Below, piece after piece: positions 29,466 through 39,900 of a DNA stretch of 64,000 bases. Within the stretch, counting starts at the first letter, position 1. Every line of letters starts with the position of its first letter. Source of the DNA: an uncultured Candidatus Saccharibacteria bacterium (GTDB lineage Bacteria > Patescibacteriota > CAZHWT01). The stretch is taken from positions 166,441-230,440 of the forward strand of contig CAZQWH010000001.1 in the NCBI GenBank assembly GCA_964597145.1, given 5' to 3'. The notes beneath the pieces were generated by a model. The model was not told the DNA's origin and made no database searches. It worked only from the letters and a program-made list of their open reading frames with translations. A program made the translations under genes and the position numbers.

Positions 29466-30995
29466 CTAGCTTGTGGGGCGATATTGCAGGGCTTCAGAAA
29501 GATGGGCGACGGTAATACTTTGGCTATTGGCCAAGTCCGCAATAGTGCGAGCTAGCTTAAGGATACGAAAATAGCTGCGAGCCGATAAATTGAGTTTGGT
29601 TGTGGCCAGCTGCATTAGCTGTTGCTCTTCCTCCCGTAGCAGGCAAAACTCTTTAATTTGCTGACTACTCATGCGGGCATTACAAGTTGTAAGGCTAGAG
29701 GCAAAACGCTGGTTTTGAATCTGACGGGCGGCCACCACCCGCTGGCGAATATGGTTAGAACTTTCTGCTAAATTGTGGGACTGCGACTGAGTGAAGTGCT
29801 TTTTATCCACGCGGGGAACATCCACATACAAATCAATTCGATCCATGATTGGACCAGAAACTCGTTTTTGGTAGGCTGCAACCTGACGTGCCGTGCAGAT
29901 GCAAGCCTTGAGCGGATCATTCAAGTGGCCGCAGGGACAAGGGTTTTGGGCAGCTAGCAGCTGAAAGCGGGCGGGAAACGTATAGCTCGCCTTGGCTCGG
30001 CTTACGGTAACCACCCCGTCTTCTAGGGGTTGGCGGAGGACTTCGAGAACTGAGCGAGGAAACTCAGCGAATTCATCTAAAAATAAGACTCCATGATGGG
30101 CCAGTGAAACTTCACCTGGCTTAGGGTTGGATCCGCCACCAATTAAACCAATGCTACTGGTTGTGTGGTGTGGCGCCCGGAATGGCCGCTGGCGGATTAA
30201 CGGCTCTTTACCGAGCAATCCACTAACACTAAAGATAGTGCTCACCTCAATGGCTTCGTCTAGTAGTAGAGGCGGCAAAATAGTAGGAAAGGCACGGGCT
30301 AATAAGGTTTTTCCACTTCCAGGCAGGCCTTGCATGAGTACGTTATGGCCACCAGCTGCAGCAATCTCCAGGGCTCGTTTAGCCATCTCTTGTCCTAAGA
30401 CATCTTGCATGTCCGTTAAATCGGCAATATCATGGTCGGTTAAATCGTACTGTGGCAGGGTAGCCGGGCAAGGAGAAAGTAACTTGACTTGAGTTAAATG
30501 GAGAATCAACTGTTTTAAACTAGTCACCCCATATACAGCCAGTCCCTCAACCAGCGCCGCTTCTGCCGCATTTTCGAGAGGCACATACAATTCAGCAATA
30601 CCGTGCTGTTTGGCTAAATTAGCTATGGCTAGGGTGCCAGCTACCGGACGTAGCGAGCCATCAAGTGACAACTCACCTATAAACCAGCGGCGATCCGTGG
30701 CACATTCAAACTGTTCGCCAGCTAGGAGTAGGCCCAAAGCAATTGGCAGGTCAAACGCCGGACCATTTTTAGGTAAATCAGCCGGGGCTAAATTAACGGT
30801 AATGCGATATTGGGGAAATTCGGCACCACTATTGCGCACTGCTGAACGGACTCGCTCTCGGGATTCATCAATCGCTTTATCCGGCAAACCCACCACGTTA
30901 AATGCCGGAAAAGATTGTCGAGCCACGTCGACTTCAACATGAATGGGAGTTGATTCTAAGCCGCAAATTGTAGCCGTATTAATTGTTGCTAACAT
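29466..30995 (-). CDS. comM: YifB/ComM Mg-chelatase-like AAA ATPase
   Basis: VGLPD, ITVNLAPADL.K, GELSLDG, PFRAPHHT, GEVSLAH.GVLFLDE, SGPIMDRID. Confidence 0.93.
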   Translation of the reverse strand: MLATINTATICGLESTPIHVEVDVARQSFPAFNVVGLPDKAIDESRERVRSAVRNSGAEFPQYRITVNLAPADLPKNGPAFDLPIALGLLLAGEQFECATDRRWFIGELSLDGSLRPVAGTLAIANLAKQHGIAELYVPLENAAEAALVEGLAVYGVTSLKQLILHLTQVKLLSPCPATLPQYDLTDHDIADLTDMQDVLGQEMAKRALEIAAAGGHNVLMQGLPGSGKTLLARAFPTILPPLLLDEAIEVSTIFSVSGLLGKEPLIRQRPFRAPHHTTSSIGLIGGGSNPKPGEVSLAHHGVLFLDEFAEFPRSVLEVLRQPLEDGVVTVSRAKASYTFPARFQLLAAQNPCPCGHLNDPLKACICTARQVAAYQKRVSGPIMDRIDLYVDVPRVDKKHFTQSQSHNLAESSNHIRQRVVAARQIQNQRFASSLTTCNARMSSQQIKEFCLLREEEQQLMQLATTKLNLSARSYFRILKLARTIADLANSQSITVAHLSEALQYRPTS

Positions 30996-31331
30996 TCCTG
31001 CCCTTCCTGTAATCTAAATCTGTGGTGTGTTTGGCGTCAATACCAGTTGGTCCGGGTCTAGTCCTTCACCCATCAACTAAGAAACGATAGGTGGGTAAAG
31101 TAATAGGTACTAGGTTTCAAAGCCAAATGGCAGCCATTAAAGACGACCAGCGGTTGCCTGTATAAAACCCATTCACAGGATTGCAGATATCCGCTTGGAC
31201 GACACCTTATCAAGTATCGGTTACAACCACTAGTAGTGTTATGGGGCAGTAGTACAAATAGATATAACACGAATATAACCCGAATGTAAAGAGATAAAAT
31301 AAATAGAACGGCATGCTATAATGCAGGCGTT

Positions 31332-31707
31332 CTAAAAGGAGGATGGTTGGCCGCACCGGTCTCTCCGCCAATTGGCGGGCACTGGTGAGGAAAGTCCAGA
31401 CTGCGCAGAGCAAGTGACGGGGTGCAAGCCCCGACGGGTAACCGCTGGTGTCCGTCGTCGTATCCTACTAAACAGACGACGGAACGGAGGGTGAATCAAC
31501 ACTCTTCGAGAGCAACAGAGACGAGTAGGGATGAAACGGGCAATCCCAGCTGCAGCAACCTCCGATCGTGTCGTTATGAGTTGGCTCGACCAGACACAAA
31601 GACGAGGGCACCCTGGAACGCGAGGACCAGGGCGGGCAATCGCCTGACGATTGTCCGAGATAGATGGCACAACTAAAACAGAATCTGGCTTACAAGCCTC
31701 CTTTTAG
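31332..31707 (+). ncRNA. rnpB: RNase P RNA
   Basis: GAGGAAAGTCC (CR I), AGCAACAGA and TGAAAC (CR II/III), ACAGAATCTGGCTTA (CR V); terminal P1 CTAAAAGGAGG/CCTCCTTTTAG. Confidence 0.95.
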
Positions 31708-31883
31708 AACCTAGAAGAAAGCAATAAAATAGTGAATAGAGGTAATTTTACTTGTTTTGAAGCATTATTTTGAATTTTGTCTAAATTCCATCGTTTACTA
31801 TTTAATAATTTCCCAGTATGATTAACAGGCGGACATAAGTATTCTGCCACTATAAGAGTATAATAATTACCCGGAGTTTATCT

Positions 31884-32495
31884 ATGGCATCTCATTCAAT
31901 GAATAAAGCCCTCGAAGCCTTATTTATTTCTAAAGTACGAATTAAATTACTCGAAGTATTCTTAATTAATCCAGGCTCATTTTTATATGTCCGTGAATTA
32001 GTTCGATTAGTCGATGAAGAAGTGAACGCCGTGCGGCGGGAATTGACTCGTTTGCAAAAAATTGGCATGCTGCGATCAGAGGAGAGAGCCAATCGGTTGT
32101 ATTATCAATTACGAACCGACTTCACCTTCTTCCCCGAATTATTACGGATGTTTGCCAAAACCACCGATCTGGGTGGCGACATTGTTACCCATGCTGCTGA
32201 GCTGGGCAAAATTAAGCATGCAGTGCTCTCGGCCGCGTTTGTTAAAGGTCGAGTGGCTCGAAATTACGAAATTGACTTGCTTATTATTGGCCGAGTTAAT
32301 TCGGCCATTCTAGATGAGATTGTCAAAACCGCGCAACAACGGCATGGACACGAGATAAACTATACAATTATGACCGAAGAGGAGTATGCTTTCCGTAAAG
32401 GCCGGCGCGATCCATTTGTCATGTCTTTCCTCCAGCAAACCTGGGTCAACCTTATCGGTGATGAAGAAGAATTGGTTAAGCTGGAGCGGCAATAA
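31884..32495 (+). CDS. Winged-HTH plus nucleotidyltransferase-like domain protein
   Basis: LF.SKVR.KLL..F...YVRELVR...EEVNAVRREL..L; C-terminal LS..F.....IDLLIIG. Confidence 0.75.
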   Translation: MASHSMNKALEALFISKVRIKLLEVFLINPGSFLYVRELVRLVDEEVNAVRRELTRLQKIGMLRSEERANRLYYQLRTDFTFFPELLRMFAKTTDLGGDIVTHAAELGKIKHAVLSAAFVKGRVARNYEIDLLIIGRVNSAILDEIVKTAQQRHGHEINYTIMTEEEYAFRKGRRDPFVMSFLQQTWVNLIGDEEELVKLERQ

Positions 32496-32917
32496 TGACC
32501 GCTGCTGGACGGTCTGAAGCTTGGTTAAAGCAAGCCGGGTTCGATCTTGAAGCAGCCCGACTAAGTCTTCAACACGGTTACTTTGAATGGGCTAGTTTTC
32601 AAGCCCAGCAGTCGGCCGAGAAGGCGTTAAAAGGCTTACTTGTATTTTTAGATGGATATGCTCCACGCGGACATCGTTTGGGCGGCTTGTTGGGAATGGC
32701 AAATCGGCTTGATCCGCAGGTAAAAGAGGAAATTAGGGTTTCACACGCCGCTTTGGAGGCGGCTACCTTTATATCCCGGTATCCATTTGCTATCCCGGCC
32801 CAAAAAATGAGTCCACATGAATTTATTGAAAAGGAGGATGCCGAAGAATGTCTCGCCGAAGCGACCGATATTTATCACCAAATCACGAATTTCGTCAGCA
32901 ATTACAAGCAGCCGTAG
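32495..32917 (+). CDS. HEPN-domain protein
   Basis: WL.QA..DL..A, WASF.AQQ.AEKALK, H.L..L, SRYP. Confidence 0.88.
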   Translation: MTAAGRSEAWLKQAGFDLEAARLSLQHGYFEWASFQAQQSAEKALKGLLVFLDGYAPRGHRLGGLLGMANRLDPQVKEEIRVSHAALEAATFISRYPFAIPAQKMSPHEFIEKEDAEECLAEATDIYHQITNFVSNYKQP

Positions 32918-33207
32918 CAGATCTGGTTAAAGAGTTTTCTCCTGAGAAAATATACTTGTTTGGTAGTCTAGTTGAAGGCCAGGCTCGTCCCGAATCCAGC
33001 GCGGATATACTCATTATCGCATCTAGTGTTGCCACAACCCGGTTTATTGCTCGGATTAAGCGGGCCATCAAAGCGGCCAACACCCTGCCACATATTGCGC
33101 CTTTGGTATATACTCCAGAAGAGGTGGAGTTATTGCAACAACAGGGAGATGGGTTTATCCAAGATGTCCTCGACGATGGTAAGTTGCTCTATGAAAAGAA
33201 AAAGTAG
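32848..33207 (+). CDS. Minimal nucleotidyltransferase (MNT)
   Basis: PEKIYLFGS...G.....S.ADILII, LVYTPEE. Confidence 0.82.
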   Translation: MSRRSDRYLSPNHEFRQQLQAAVADLVKEFSPEKIYLFGSLVEGQARPESSADILIIASSVATTRFIARIKRAIKAANTLPHIAPLVYTPEEVELLQQQGDGFIQDVLDDGKLLYEKKK

Positions 33208-33280
33208 AAATGCGTTGGTGCAATCACTTGATGCGCTCAGGATAATTCTTTATACTCATCAACGAAAGTAACCACAAACT

Positions 33281-34690
33281 ATGAACATACGCCGAACCTT
33301 TTGGGTAATCATTATTCTAACTCTGGTAGCCGTTGTCATCGATTTACCTCGTATTCCGCTCAAATTCGACATCGCTGGCTGGAAGGTTGATACCGTTATT
33401 GCAGGCCCAGACCTCAATTTGACCACTTTAGGCATCCCTATTCAACGCCCGTTAGATATTAAGCAAGGCTTGGATTTGCAAGGTGGAACCCAAGTTGTAC
33501 TTGAGCTTGACATGTCAAAAATCTCGGGCTCAGAGCAGCAAGCAGCGGCCGATGCAGCCGTAAGTGTATTAGAGAATCGAGTCAACTACACTGGTGCAAC
33601 CGAAGCCGTAGTCCAGCCCGCTAGAGTAGGGGATGACTATCGGGTTTTAGTGGAATTACCCGGCGTGTCTAATACCGATCAAGCCATTGCTCTAGTTGGC
33701 CAAACTGCCCAACTAGAATTTCGTGAGTTTATAGATCCCGCCTCAGCTGCTGGAACCATCCCCACCTTAGAAAATACCAAATCAACTGGCTTGGGCGGTA
33801 ACGATTTAAAATCGGCAGTAGTAGACACTCAAAACCCAACTTCGCCAATGGTGGCCATCACCTTTACCGCCGAAGGTGGCAAAAAGTTTGCCGACCTTAC
33901 CAGTCGCCTTGTCGGGCAACCATTACCTGTTTTCTTAGACAACGTACCTCTAACGGCGCCAACGGTTCAAAATGCAATTATGGATGGAAGAGCAGTTATT
34001 AATGGTAGTTTTACTATAGAATCGGCCAAGCAACTGGCCCTTCAGTTATCAGCTGGAGCATTACCAGTGCCAATCAATGTAGTAGAACAACGCACCATTG
34101 GAGCCACTCTTGGCCAAGATTCGGTCAACAAAAGCTTGGTCGCGGGCAGCATTGGCTTAGTACTGGTCATGCTCTATATGCTGCTTAACTATCGTAAACT
34201 TGGGGTGGTCGCCGATATTGCCTTAGTACTCTATACCCTATTTAGCCTCGCCTTAATTATCTGGATCCCAATTACCTTAACTCTAGCTGGCATTGCTGGA
34301 TTAATTTTATCGATTGGCATGGCGGTTGACGCCAATATTCTCATTTTCGAACGGCTACGGGAAGAGTTGCGTCGTGGTAGTAAAATTCGGGCCGCCATTG
34401 AAATTGGTTTCGATCGAGCCTGGCCATCCATCCGCGACTCCAATATTTCAACGCTCATTACCTGCGTTATTTTGTACCTGTTTGGCACAGGAACCGTCCG
34501 TGGATTTGCTCTAACGCTGGGTCTAGGAGTGCTTGTTTCAATGTTTACGGCCGTAGTGGTAACCAGAACATTCTTGCGTTTACTCTATGGTAGCGGACAG
34601 TTATGGACAAAAAAAGCGAAGCGTAATGCGCAACTATCTCGATATCGGTCGGCTCGCCAGTCCGAACTACCTGCCCAAGGGAGCACCTAG
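33281..34690 (+). CDS. secD: Protein translocase subunit SecD
   Basis: GLDLQGG, GALPVP, IGATLG, IGMAVDANILIFER, DSN.STL, GFALTL. Confidence 0.96.
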   Translation: MNIRRTFWVIIILTLVAVVIDLPRIPLKFDIAGWKVDTVIAGPDLNLTTLGIPIQRPLDIKQGLDLQGGTQVVLELDMSKISGSEQQAAADAAVSVLENRVNYTGATEAVVQPARVGDDYRVLVELPGVSNTDQAIALVGQTAQLEFREFIDPASAAGTIPTLENTKSTGLGGNDLKSAVVDTQNPTSPMVAITFTAEGGKKFADLTSRLVGQPLPVFLDNVPLTAPTVQNAIMDGRAVINGSFTIESAKQLALQLSAGALPVPINVVEQRTIGATLGQDSVNKSLVAGSIGLVLVMLYMLLNYRKLGVVADIALVLYTLFSLALIIWIPITLTLAGIAGLILSIGMAVDANILIFERLREELRRGSKIRAAIEIGFDRAWPSIRDSNISTLITCVILYLFGTGTVRGFALTLGLGVLVSMFTAVVVTRTFLRLLYGSGQLWTKKAKRNAQLSRYRSARQSELPAQGST

Positions 34691-34695
34691 TCACT

Positions 34696-35769
34696 ATGTC
34701 GGAATCTGCCCCTCATATAGACAAATCAATACATGTCTCAGCTCGGGCCAAGTCAGAGTCCGGGCCAAATCTCGAAACGCAGCCGGTGTTTGATTTTGAA
34801 GAGTTGCGTCAAACGCTACTTGAGCAAGTTGAGTTATTGCAAAGACAGTTTAAAGTTAAACACCGTAACTTGCTGCGTTGGGCTAAGAAACAAGGGTACA
34901 CTTTGCACTTTTTGGCCGATTCGTCTGCCAAGGTAGCCGTAACTGGCGGCTTGATTGGCAGTTTATTAGCTGGGGCGCCGCAACAGATCGCCCAACAATC
35001 CCTCGATCAATCGCCCTATCGTACAGAAATAGTCAACCAAACTCAAGCTCCCAAGTCCGAGGCGGCCGTCCGCCAGAAAGACCAAATGACCGTCATGGCG
35101 ATCCGGCAAAAGCAAGTTGCCGAGCAGCAACAAGCCATGGACACCTTATTGCAGATGAGCCAAGGGACACTCGGCTTAGCCAGTTCGACCACGGCCGCGG
35201 AATTAACCGCCCATCTCACCAATATTCCAGCAGTCAGCGATTTAGAAGGCTATCGTTTAAATACCAACGTCGGTCGCATTGGGGCAGAGCAGCATTTATA
35301 TCGGTATCCTGGAGATAATTTAAATGAGCATTTTAGTTCACCACAAGACCGAGCCATGCACCAATCATCGGGCTTTGCCCCAGGCTTGGGGGCGTATGGG
35401 TATTTTGCTCCGTCTAAAGCGGCTATGACCCCAGAAATCGCTCAGCGAGAAAAATACTATGTAGCTATTCAAACCTTCCTCTCGCCCAACTGGCAGGGTA
35501 ATGTTAACCAAGCCTACAATTGGTTTAAATATCGCAAGGTTGTGGTGTACCATCCAGTTACCCGTAAGGCGGTGGTTGCGGTAGTCGGTGATGCTGGGCC
35601 AGCCTGGTCTACGGGTAAAAATTATGGTGGCTCCCCAGAAGTAATGAGAGCGCTCAACGCGCACGATGGGTACGGGAGCCCTCCAGTCATGATGTTTTTT
35701 GTCAATGATGATCCAGACAATCCGGTACCGCTCGGTCCAGTCGACTTTGAGTTGCCGCCACTAGAATAG
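34696..35769 (+). CDS. Hypothetical protein with probable RlpA-like double-psi beta-barrel C-terminal domain
   Basis: KVVV......KAVVAVVGDAGP..TGK.YGGSPEVM..L resembles the DPBB D.GP motif. Confidence 0.55.
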   Translation: MSESAPHIDKSIHVSARAKSESGPNLETQPVFDFEELRQTLLEQVELLQRQFKVKHRNLLRWAKKQGYTLHFLADSSAKVAVTGGLIGSLLAGAPQQIAQQSLDQSPYRTEIVNQTQAPKSEAAVRQKDQMTVMAIRQKQVAEQQQAMDTLLQMSQGTLGLASSTTAAELTAHLTNIPAVSDLEGYRLNTNVGRIGAEQHLYRYPGDNLNEHFSSPQDRAMHQSSGFAPGLGAYGYFAPSKAAMTPEIAQREKYYVAIQTFLSPNWQGNVNQAYNWFKYRKVVVYHPVTRKAVVAVVGDAGPAWSTGKNYGGSPEVMRALNAHDGYGSPPVMMFFVNDDPDNPVPLGPVDFELPPLE

Positions 35770-35784
35770 GGAGGTAAAGATCCA

Positions 35785-36117
35785 ATGAAAGCGATTATAG
35801 ATGCTGTAATAGACAAAGACCAATGGATGGTAGAGCTGGGGCTCAATAAATATACTCCGGCACAGCAACGCACTTTGTGGGATTTAGTTGCGCGCGCCCT
35901 ACAAACAAAAGCCATGGATGTTCTGCTAGATCAATTATCCCAAGAAGACCAACGCCGGTTTGTTCAATATCTATCCGAAGATGAGTTGTCGGAACAATTA
36001 GTGGTATTCTTAGGCAAGAAGATCCCAGGCTACTCAGAGTTGCTAAGCAAGGCGCTTTTGGAGTATAAGAAAGAACTGAAGCGAAACTTAAGTCGATTAA
36101 CTCCCAAAGTGGGTTAG
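35785..36117 (+). CDS. Small helical hypothetical protein
   Basis: 110 aa, GGAGG RBS, ELGL..Y...QQ pattern. Confidence 0.7.
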   Translation: MKAIIDAVIDKDQWMVELGLNKYTPAQQRTLWDLVARALQTKAMDVLLDQLSQEDQRRFVQYLSEDELSEQLVVFLGKKIPGYSELLSKALLEYKKELKRNLSRLTPKVG

Positions 36118-36251
36118 TCAAATAGCGAATATCGAATAGCAAATAGTGAAACAATAGCGAATATTTAAATATTAAATATTGACTCTACACCTCATTATTG
36201 TTTAGCTATTTATTCTTAAGTATTGAATTATTGAAATCCGGAGGATTTGTT

Positions 36252-37289
36252 TTGTTTGATTTTGTGGGTAAAAAAAGATATTGGTTTGGTTTATCGCTAG
36301 CCCTACTTATTCCGGCTATCGTATTTTTAGCCTTAGGCGGATTAAAACTAGGCTTAGATTTTACTGGTGGTAGTGAGTTAGAGTTACACATTACCAACGC
36401 CAACCGTGTTCAAGACGCCTTGCGGGCCCAAGCCAAAACCGAAAATTTGGATTTAGAAAAGATTATTCCAGCCCAAGATAACCACTATCTGCTCCGGTTT
36501 AAATCGTTAGAACAATCCCAGGTTAGCTCATATGTCCAGCATCTTAAAGATGGGCTGGGCGATGTAGAGCAAGTCAGTTTTACGTCGGTTGGCCCCACTA
36601 TTAGCGGCGATTTAAATTGGCAAACAGTTCTATCGGGCATTGGTTTGCCGTTGCGCTTATTTGGTGTAAATATAGATTCCAGTAATATCTCCCAAGCCAT
36701 CGGCGGGGTCTTCTGGGCTTCACTGATGATTGCCTTGTATATCGCTTACGCTTTTCGTAAGATTCCGGCTCCTTATTCACCCTGGGCATTTGGAGTAGCG
36801 GCGGTAATAGCCCTAATTCATGATGTCATTATTGTACTAGGTGCGTTTGCGCTCCTGGGCTACTTTTTCAACATCGAAATTGACACCTCTTTTGTTACGG
36901 CTTTATTGACGGTTATAGGATTCTCGGTTCACGACACTATCGTCGTGTTCGATCGTGTTCGCGAGAACATTCATAAATTCCACAATCTACATTTTGGCCA
37001 AGTAGTTAATATTTCGGTAGCCGAAACGCTGGGTAGGTCGATTGGTACTTCCTTAACCGTCATTTTTGTCTTGTTAGCCATGTTCTTGCTTGGCGGCGAA
37101 TCAATTCGCTGGTTCGTATTTGCCCTACTTGTTGGCATTGTGGCGGGCACCTACTCCTCAATCTTCAATGCCTCTCAACTCTTAACCGTTTGGGAGGAGT
37201 ATAAAGAAAAAGCTTCCGAGTCGCGGAATCAGCGCAGTAATAGCAAGCAATCCGCCCCCAAACTCAAAAAGCCAGCAACAACGGCTTAA
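36252..37289 (+). CDS. secF: Protein translocase subunit SecF
   Basis: GLDFTGG, VGPTI, ALIHD, GFSVHDTIVVFDRVRE, GTYSSIF.A; TTG at 36252 after GGAGG. Confidence 0.96.
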   Translation: MFDFVGKKRYWFGLSLALLIPAIVFLALGGLKLGLDFTGGSELELHITNANRVQDALRAQAKTENLDLEKIIPAQDNHYLLRFKSLEQSQVSSYVQHLKDGLGDVEQVSFTSVGPTISGDLNWQTVLSGIGLPLRLFGVNIDSSNISQAIGGVFWASLMIALYIAYAFRKIPAPYSPWAFGVAAVIALIHDVIIVLGAFALLGYFFNIEIDTSFVTALLTVIGFSVHDTIVVFDRVRENIHKFHNLHFGQVVNISVAETLGRSIGTSLTVIFVLLAMFLLGGESIRWFVFALLVGIVAGTYSSIFNASQLLTVWEEYKEKASESRNQRSNSKQSAPKLKKPATTA

Positions 37290-37430
37290 TCAGCAAGTAA
37301 ATACCACCGGTAACCGGTGCGAGTAATCCGAGTGTTCTACGAAGTTTCCTCAAGGTGTCTGGCCTTACCAGCCTTCGTCAATAAGGTAGCAACCAACCAC
37401 CTTCCTACTAGGCATGATAGTCATAAATTA

Positions 37431-37521
37431 CTGAGTTATTTTAGGTTAATTATATAATATATTATATAATTAATTTATAAGGCTAATTTTCAATTTTAAA
37501 CGATTTTTTGTCCCAAGTATC
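37431..37521 (+). repeat. Dispersed AT-rich palindromic element, copy 2
   Basis: CTGAGTTA at 37431; TTAATTATATAAT-AT-ATTATATAATTAA at 37446-37473; AAGTATC at 37515. Confidence 0.9.
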
Positions 37522-38067
37522 AGTCAGGAAAAACATGCAACCCCAGAGACAAAACAGGCCTCACGTTTTAGTCTAGCGGAGTAGTGCCAATGACGAAATT
37601 TTACGTCAAAAATGGGGCTTTGTCGTCATTGCTAGTAAAGCGCAGCAATCTTGCCTAAGGTGTAATCCAAACGTAAAACTCCGATTTAATCGGGGTAGGT
37701 TGTCCCCGTCTACCGTGCTGCGCAAGCAGACAGGGCAGGCCACACGGAGCCTGCCCTGAACTTGCTAAATAGAGTGATAGGTATACAAAGTATTCAGTGC
37801 TTGCAATAAGATAGCTCTACCATGCAACTTGCTGCCGTCAGCGCAATAAATTGAATTTCATAGTTTTCGCCAGCACATAAGTGGCCACATCCTCTCTTCC
37901 TGTAGCGATCATCCCCACCAACGTCAAGCAACCTGTATCTCTAGAGTTCTAACGCAACGCGGCAGATGCACTAGACATCCAACCAGTAGAGGCAAGGGGC
38001 TAAAATGCCTAAAACCCAAGCCCCCTGCCTGGAACCTGGAATCCGAAACCTGCTATACTAATGCCCT

Positions 38068-39858
38068 ATGAAGCAAAAAAAATGGGTAATAGCCGACCGT
38101 CTCGACCCTGCCCTAGAGCAGCATTTACTCCTCTCCCGATTACAACAGACGAACAGTAGTGCCGAACAGTATCTGCATCCGTCACTCAGCGATTTAAGCG
38201 CTCCAGCCAGCTTTACGGGTATGCAGCCCGCTGTTGAACGAATTATTCAAGCAATTAACAATCACGAGTCAATCGTAGTTTGGGGTGATTTTGACGCCGA
38301 CGGGGTCACCTCCACTGCCATTATGTGGGAAACGTTGCATCAGCTTGGCGCAATGGTTATGCCCTACATTCCAAACCGGGATACTGAAGGCCACGGGTTT
38401 TCGCCAGAAGGTGTTAAAAAACTGCTAGACGACCAGATTGGGTTGGTGGTTACGGTCGATCATGGCATTACCGCCATCGACGAAGTCGAAGCGCTCAGCA
38501 ATCAAGGTATTGAAGTGGTAGTTACCGATCACCATGAACCGAGACTCGCTAAAAGCGAGCAAAAGACAAAAGACAAAAGACAAAAGACAGAATTCGAATT
38601 GCCAGATGCCGTGGCAGTAGTCCACCCGCTCTTAATGGATAGTCCTCAACCACTAGCTGGGTGTGGCGTGGCGTACATGCTAGCATATGCGGTGTGGTTA
38701 GCGCATAGGTTTCAGGAATTTTCTAAATCCGACGTATTAGAAACCCGTCAAGAATTTGCCCAAGGTAAAATTGAACTGGCGGCCATTGGCGCCATTGCCG
38801 ATATGGTACCGTTGCTGGGGGATAACCGGGTATTGGCAACATATGGCCTCAAATCGCTCGTTAAAACAAGCCGGCCAGGTCTACAGCAAATGTACCGTTT
38901 AGCTGGAATGGAGGATAAACAGCAGTTTGGTGCCTACGAAATTGGCTTTGGGATTGGGCCACGCCTTAATGCACCAGGCAGGTTAGGCGATGCGTTGCAG
39001 AGCTTGCGCTTGCTTTGCACTAAAAATCTGCACCGTGCTACTCAATTAGCACAAGATTTAGATAGCCTAAACCAAAAGCGCCAAGAGTTGCTGGCCCAAG
39101 TTGCCGAGGAGGCAAAAACCGAAGTTTTAAAGCATACAGACGGGGTCTATGTCCTAACCAAACCCAACTGGCCTGCGGGGGTATGTGGCTTGGCGGCCGG
39201 CAAAATTGTGGAGAGCCTGTATCGGCCAACCGTAGTTATGGAATGTATGGGCGAGTTATCACGCGGATCAGCCCGGTCAATCCGTGGCTTCGATTTTACG
39301 GCAGCTTTAACCAGCATCGCCGACCTATTAGAAACCTACGGCGGACACGCTATGGCAGCCGGTTTTGTAGCCAAAACCGAGAATTTACCCCTCATTGAAG
39401 AGCGGTTAAGCGAATTACTATGGCAGCAGTTCGACAAGGACTCCCTCCACCCTCAGCTAATGATTGATGCCGAAGTTAAGTTGGATGAACTAAGTTGGGA
39501 TCTACATGCGTTTATTTGCCAGCTAGAACCATTTGGCATGGGTAATCCTAAACCAGTCTTTATTTCTCGCAATCTGGAAGTAATTAATCACCGCCTAGTG
39601 GGCAGCGACGGTAAGCACTTAAAGCTAACGCTCGCCCAAGGGGAAAGGGAAAAGGGAGAAGGGGAAAGTGGCCAAACCCTTAACCCCTTCAATGGTATTG
39701 CCTTCAATCTTGGCTACCTAGCCGAACAACTCAAGCCCGAAATTAAAGTTGATGTGGCGTACCAGTTAGATGAAAATATCTGGCAAAATCGACGTAGCTT
39801 ACAGCTTATGATTAAAGATATTCGAATAGTGAAAATGAAAAACGACCCCTTGGGCTAA
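38068..39858 (+). CDS. recJ: ssDNA-specific exonuclease RecJ
   Basis: GDFDADG, TDHH, IADMVPL, PRLNA.GRL, GSARS, GGH.MAAG, LEPFG.GNP.P. Confidence 0.97.
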   Translation: MKQKKWVIADRLDPALEQHLLLSRLQQTNSSAEQYLHPSLSDLSAPASFTGMQPAVERIIQAINNHESIVVWGDFDADGVTSTAIMWETLHQLGAMVMPYIPNRDTEGHGFSPEGVKKLLDDQIGLVVTVDHGITAIDEVEALSNQGIEVVVTDHHEPRLAKSEQKTKDKRQKTEFELPDAVAVVHPLLMDSPQPLAGCGVAYMLAYAVWLAHRFQEFSKSDVLETRQEFAQGKIELAAIGAIADMVPLLGDNRVLATYGLKSLVKTSRPGLQQMYRLAGMEDKQQFGAYEIGFGIGPRLNAPGRLGDALQSLRLLCTKNLHRATQLAQDLDSLNQKRQELLAQVAEEAKTEVLKHTDGVYVLTKPNWPAGVCGLAAGKIVESLYRPTVVMECMGELSRGSARSIRGFDFTAALTSIADLLETYGGHAMAAGFVAKTENLPLIEERLSELLWQQFDKDSLHPQLMIDAEVKLDELSWDLHAFICQLEPFGMGNPKPVFISRNLEVINHRLVGSDGKHLKLTLAQGEREKGEGESGQTLNPFNGIAFNLGYLAEQLKPEIKVDVAYQLDENIWQNRRSLQLMIKDIRIVKMKNDPLG

Positions 39859-39900
39859 AAGCCCGCAGGGTCGCGACAGAGCAATGGATAACCAGACTGA

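Noticed and set aside
31332-31676. ORFs of 112 and 84 aa over this interval
   Set aside because: They are shadows of the RNase P RNA gene
39844-39872. IS200/IS605-like end hairpin GACCCC..GGGCT-AAA-AGCCC..GGGTC after recJ
   Set aside because: No adjacent tnpA or tnpB; equally explained as a terminator between convergent genes
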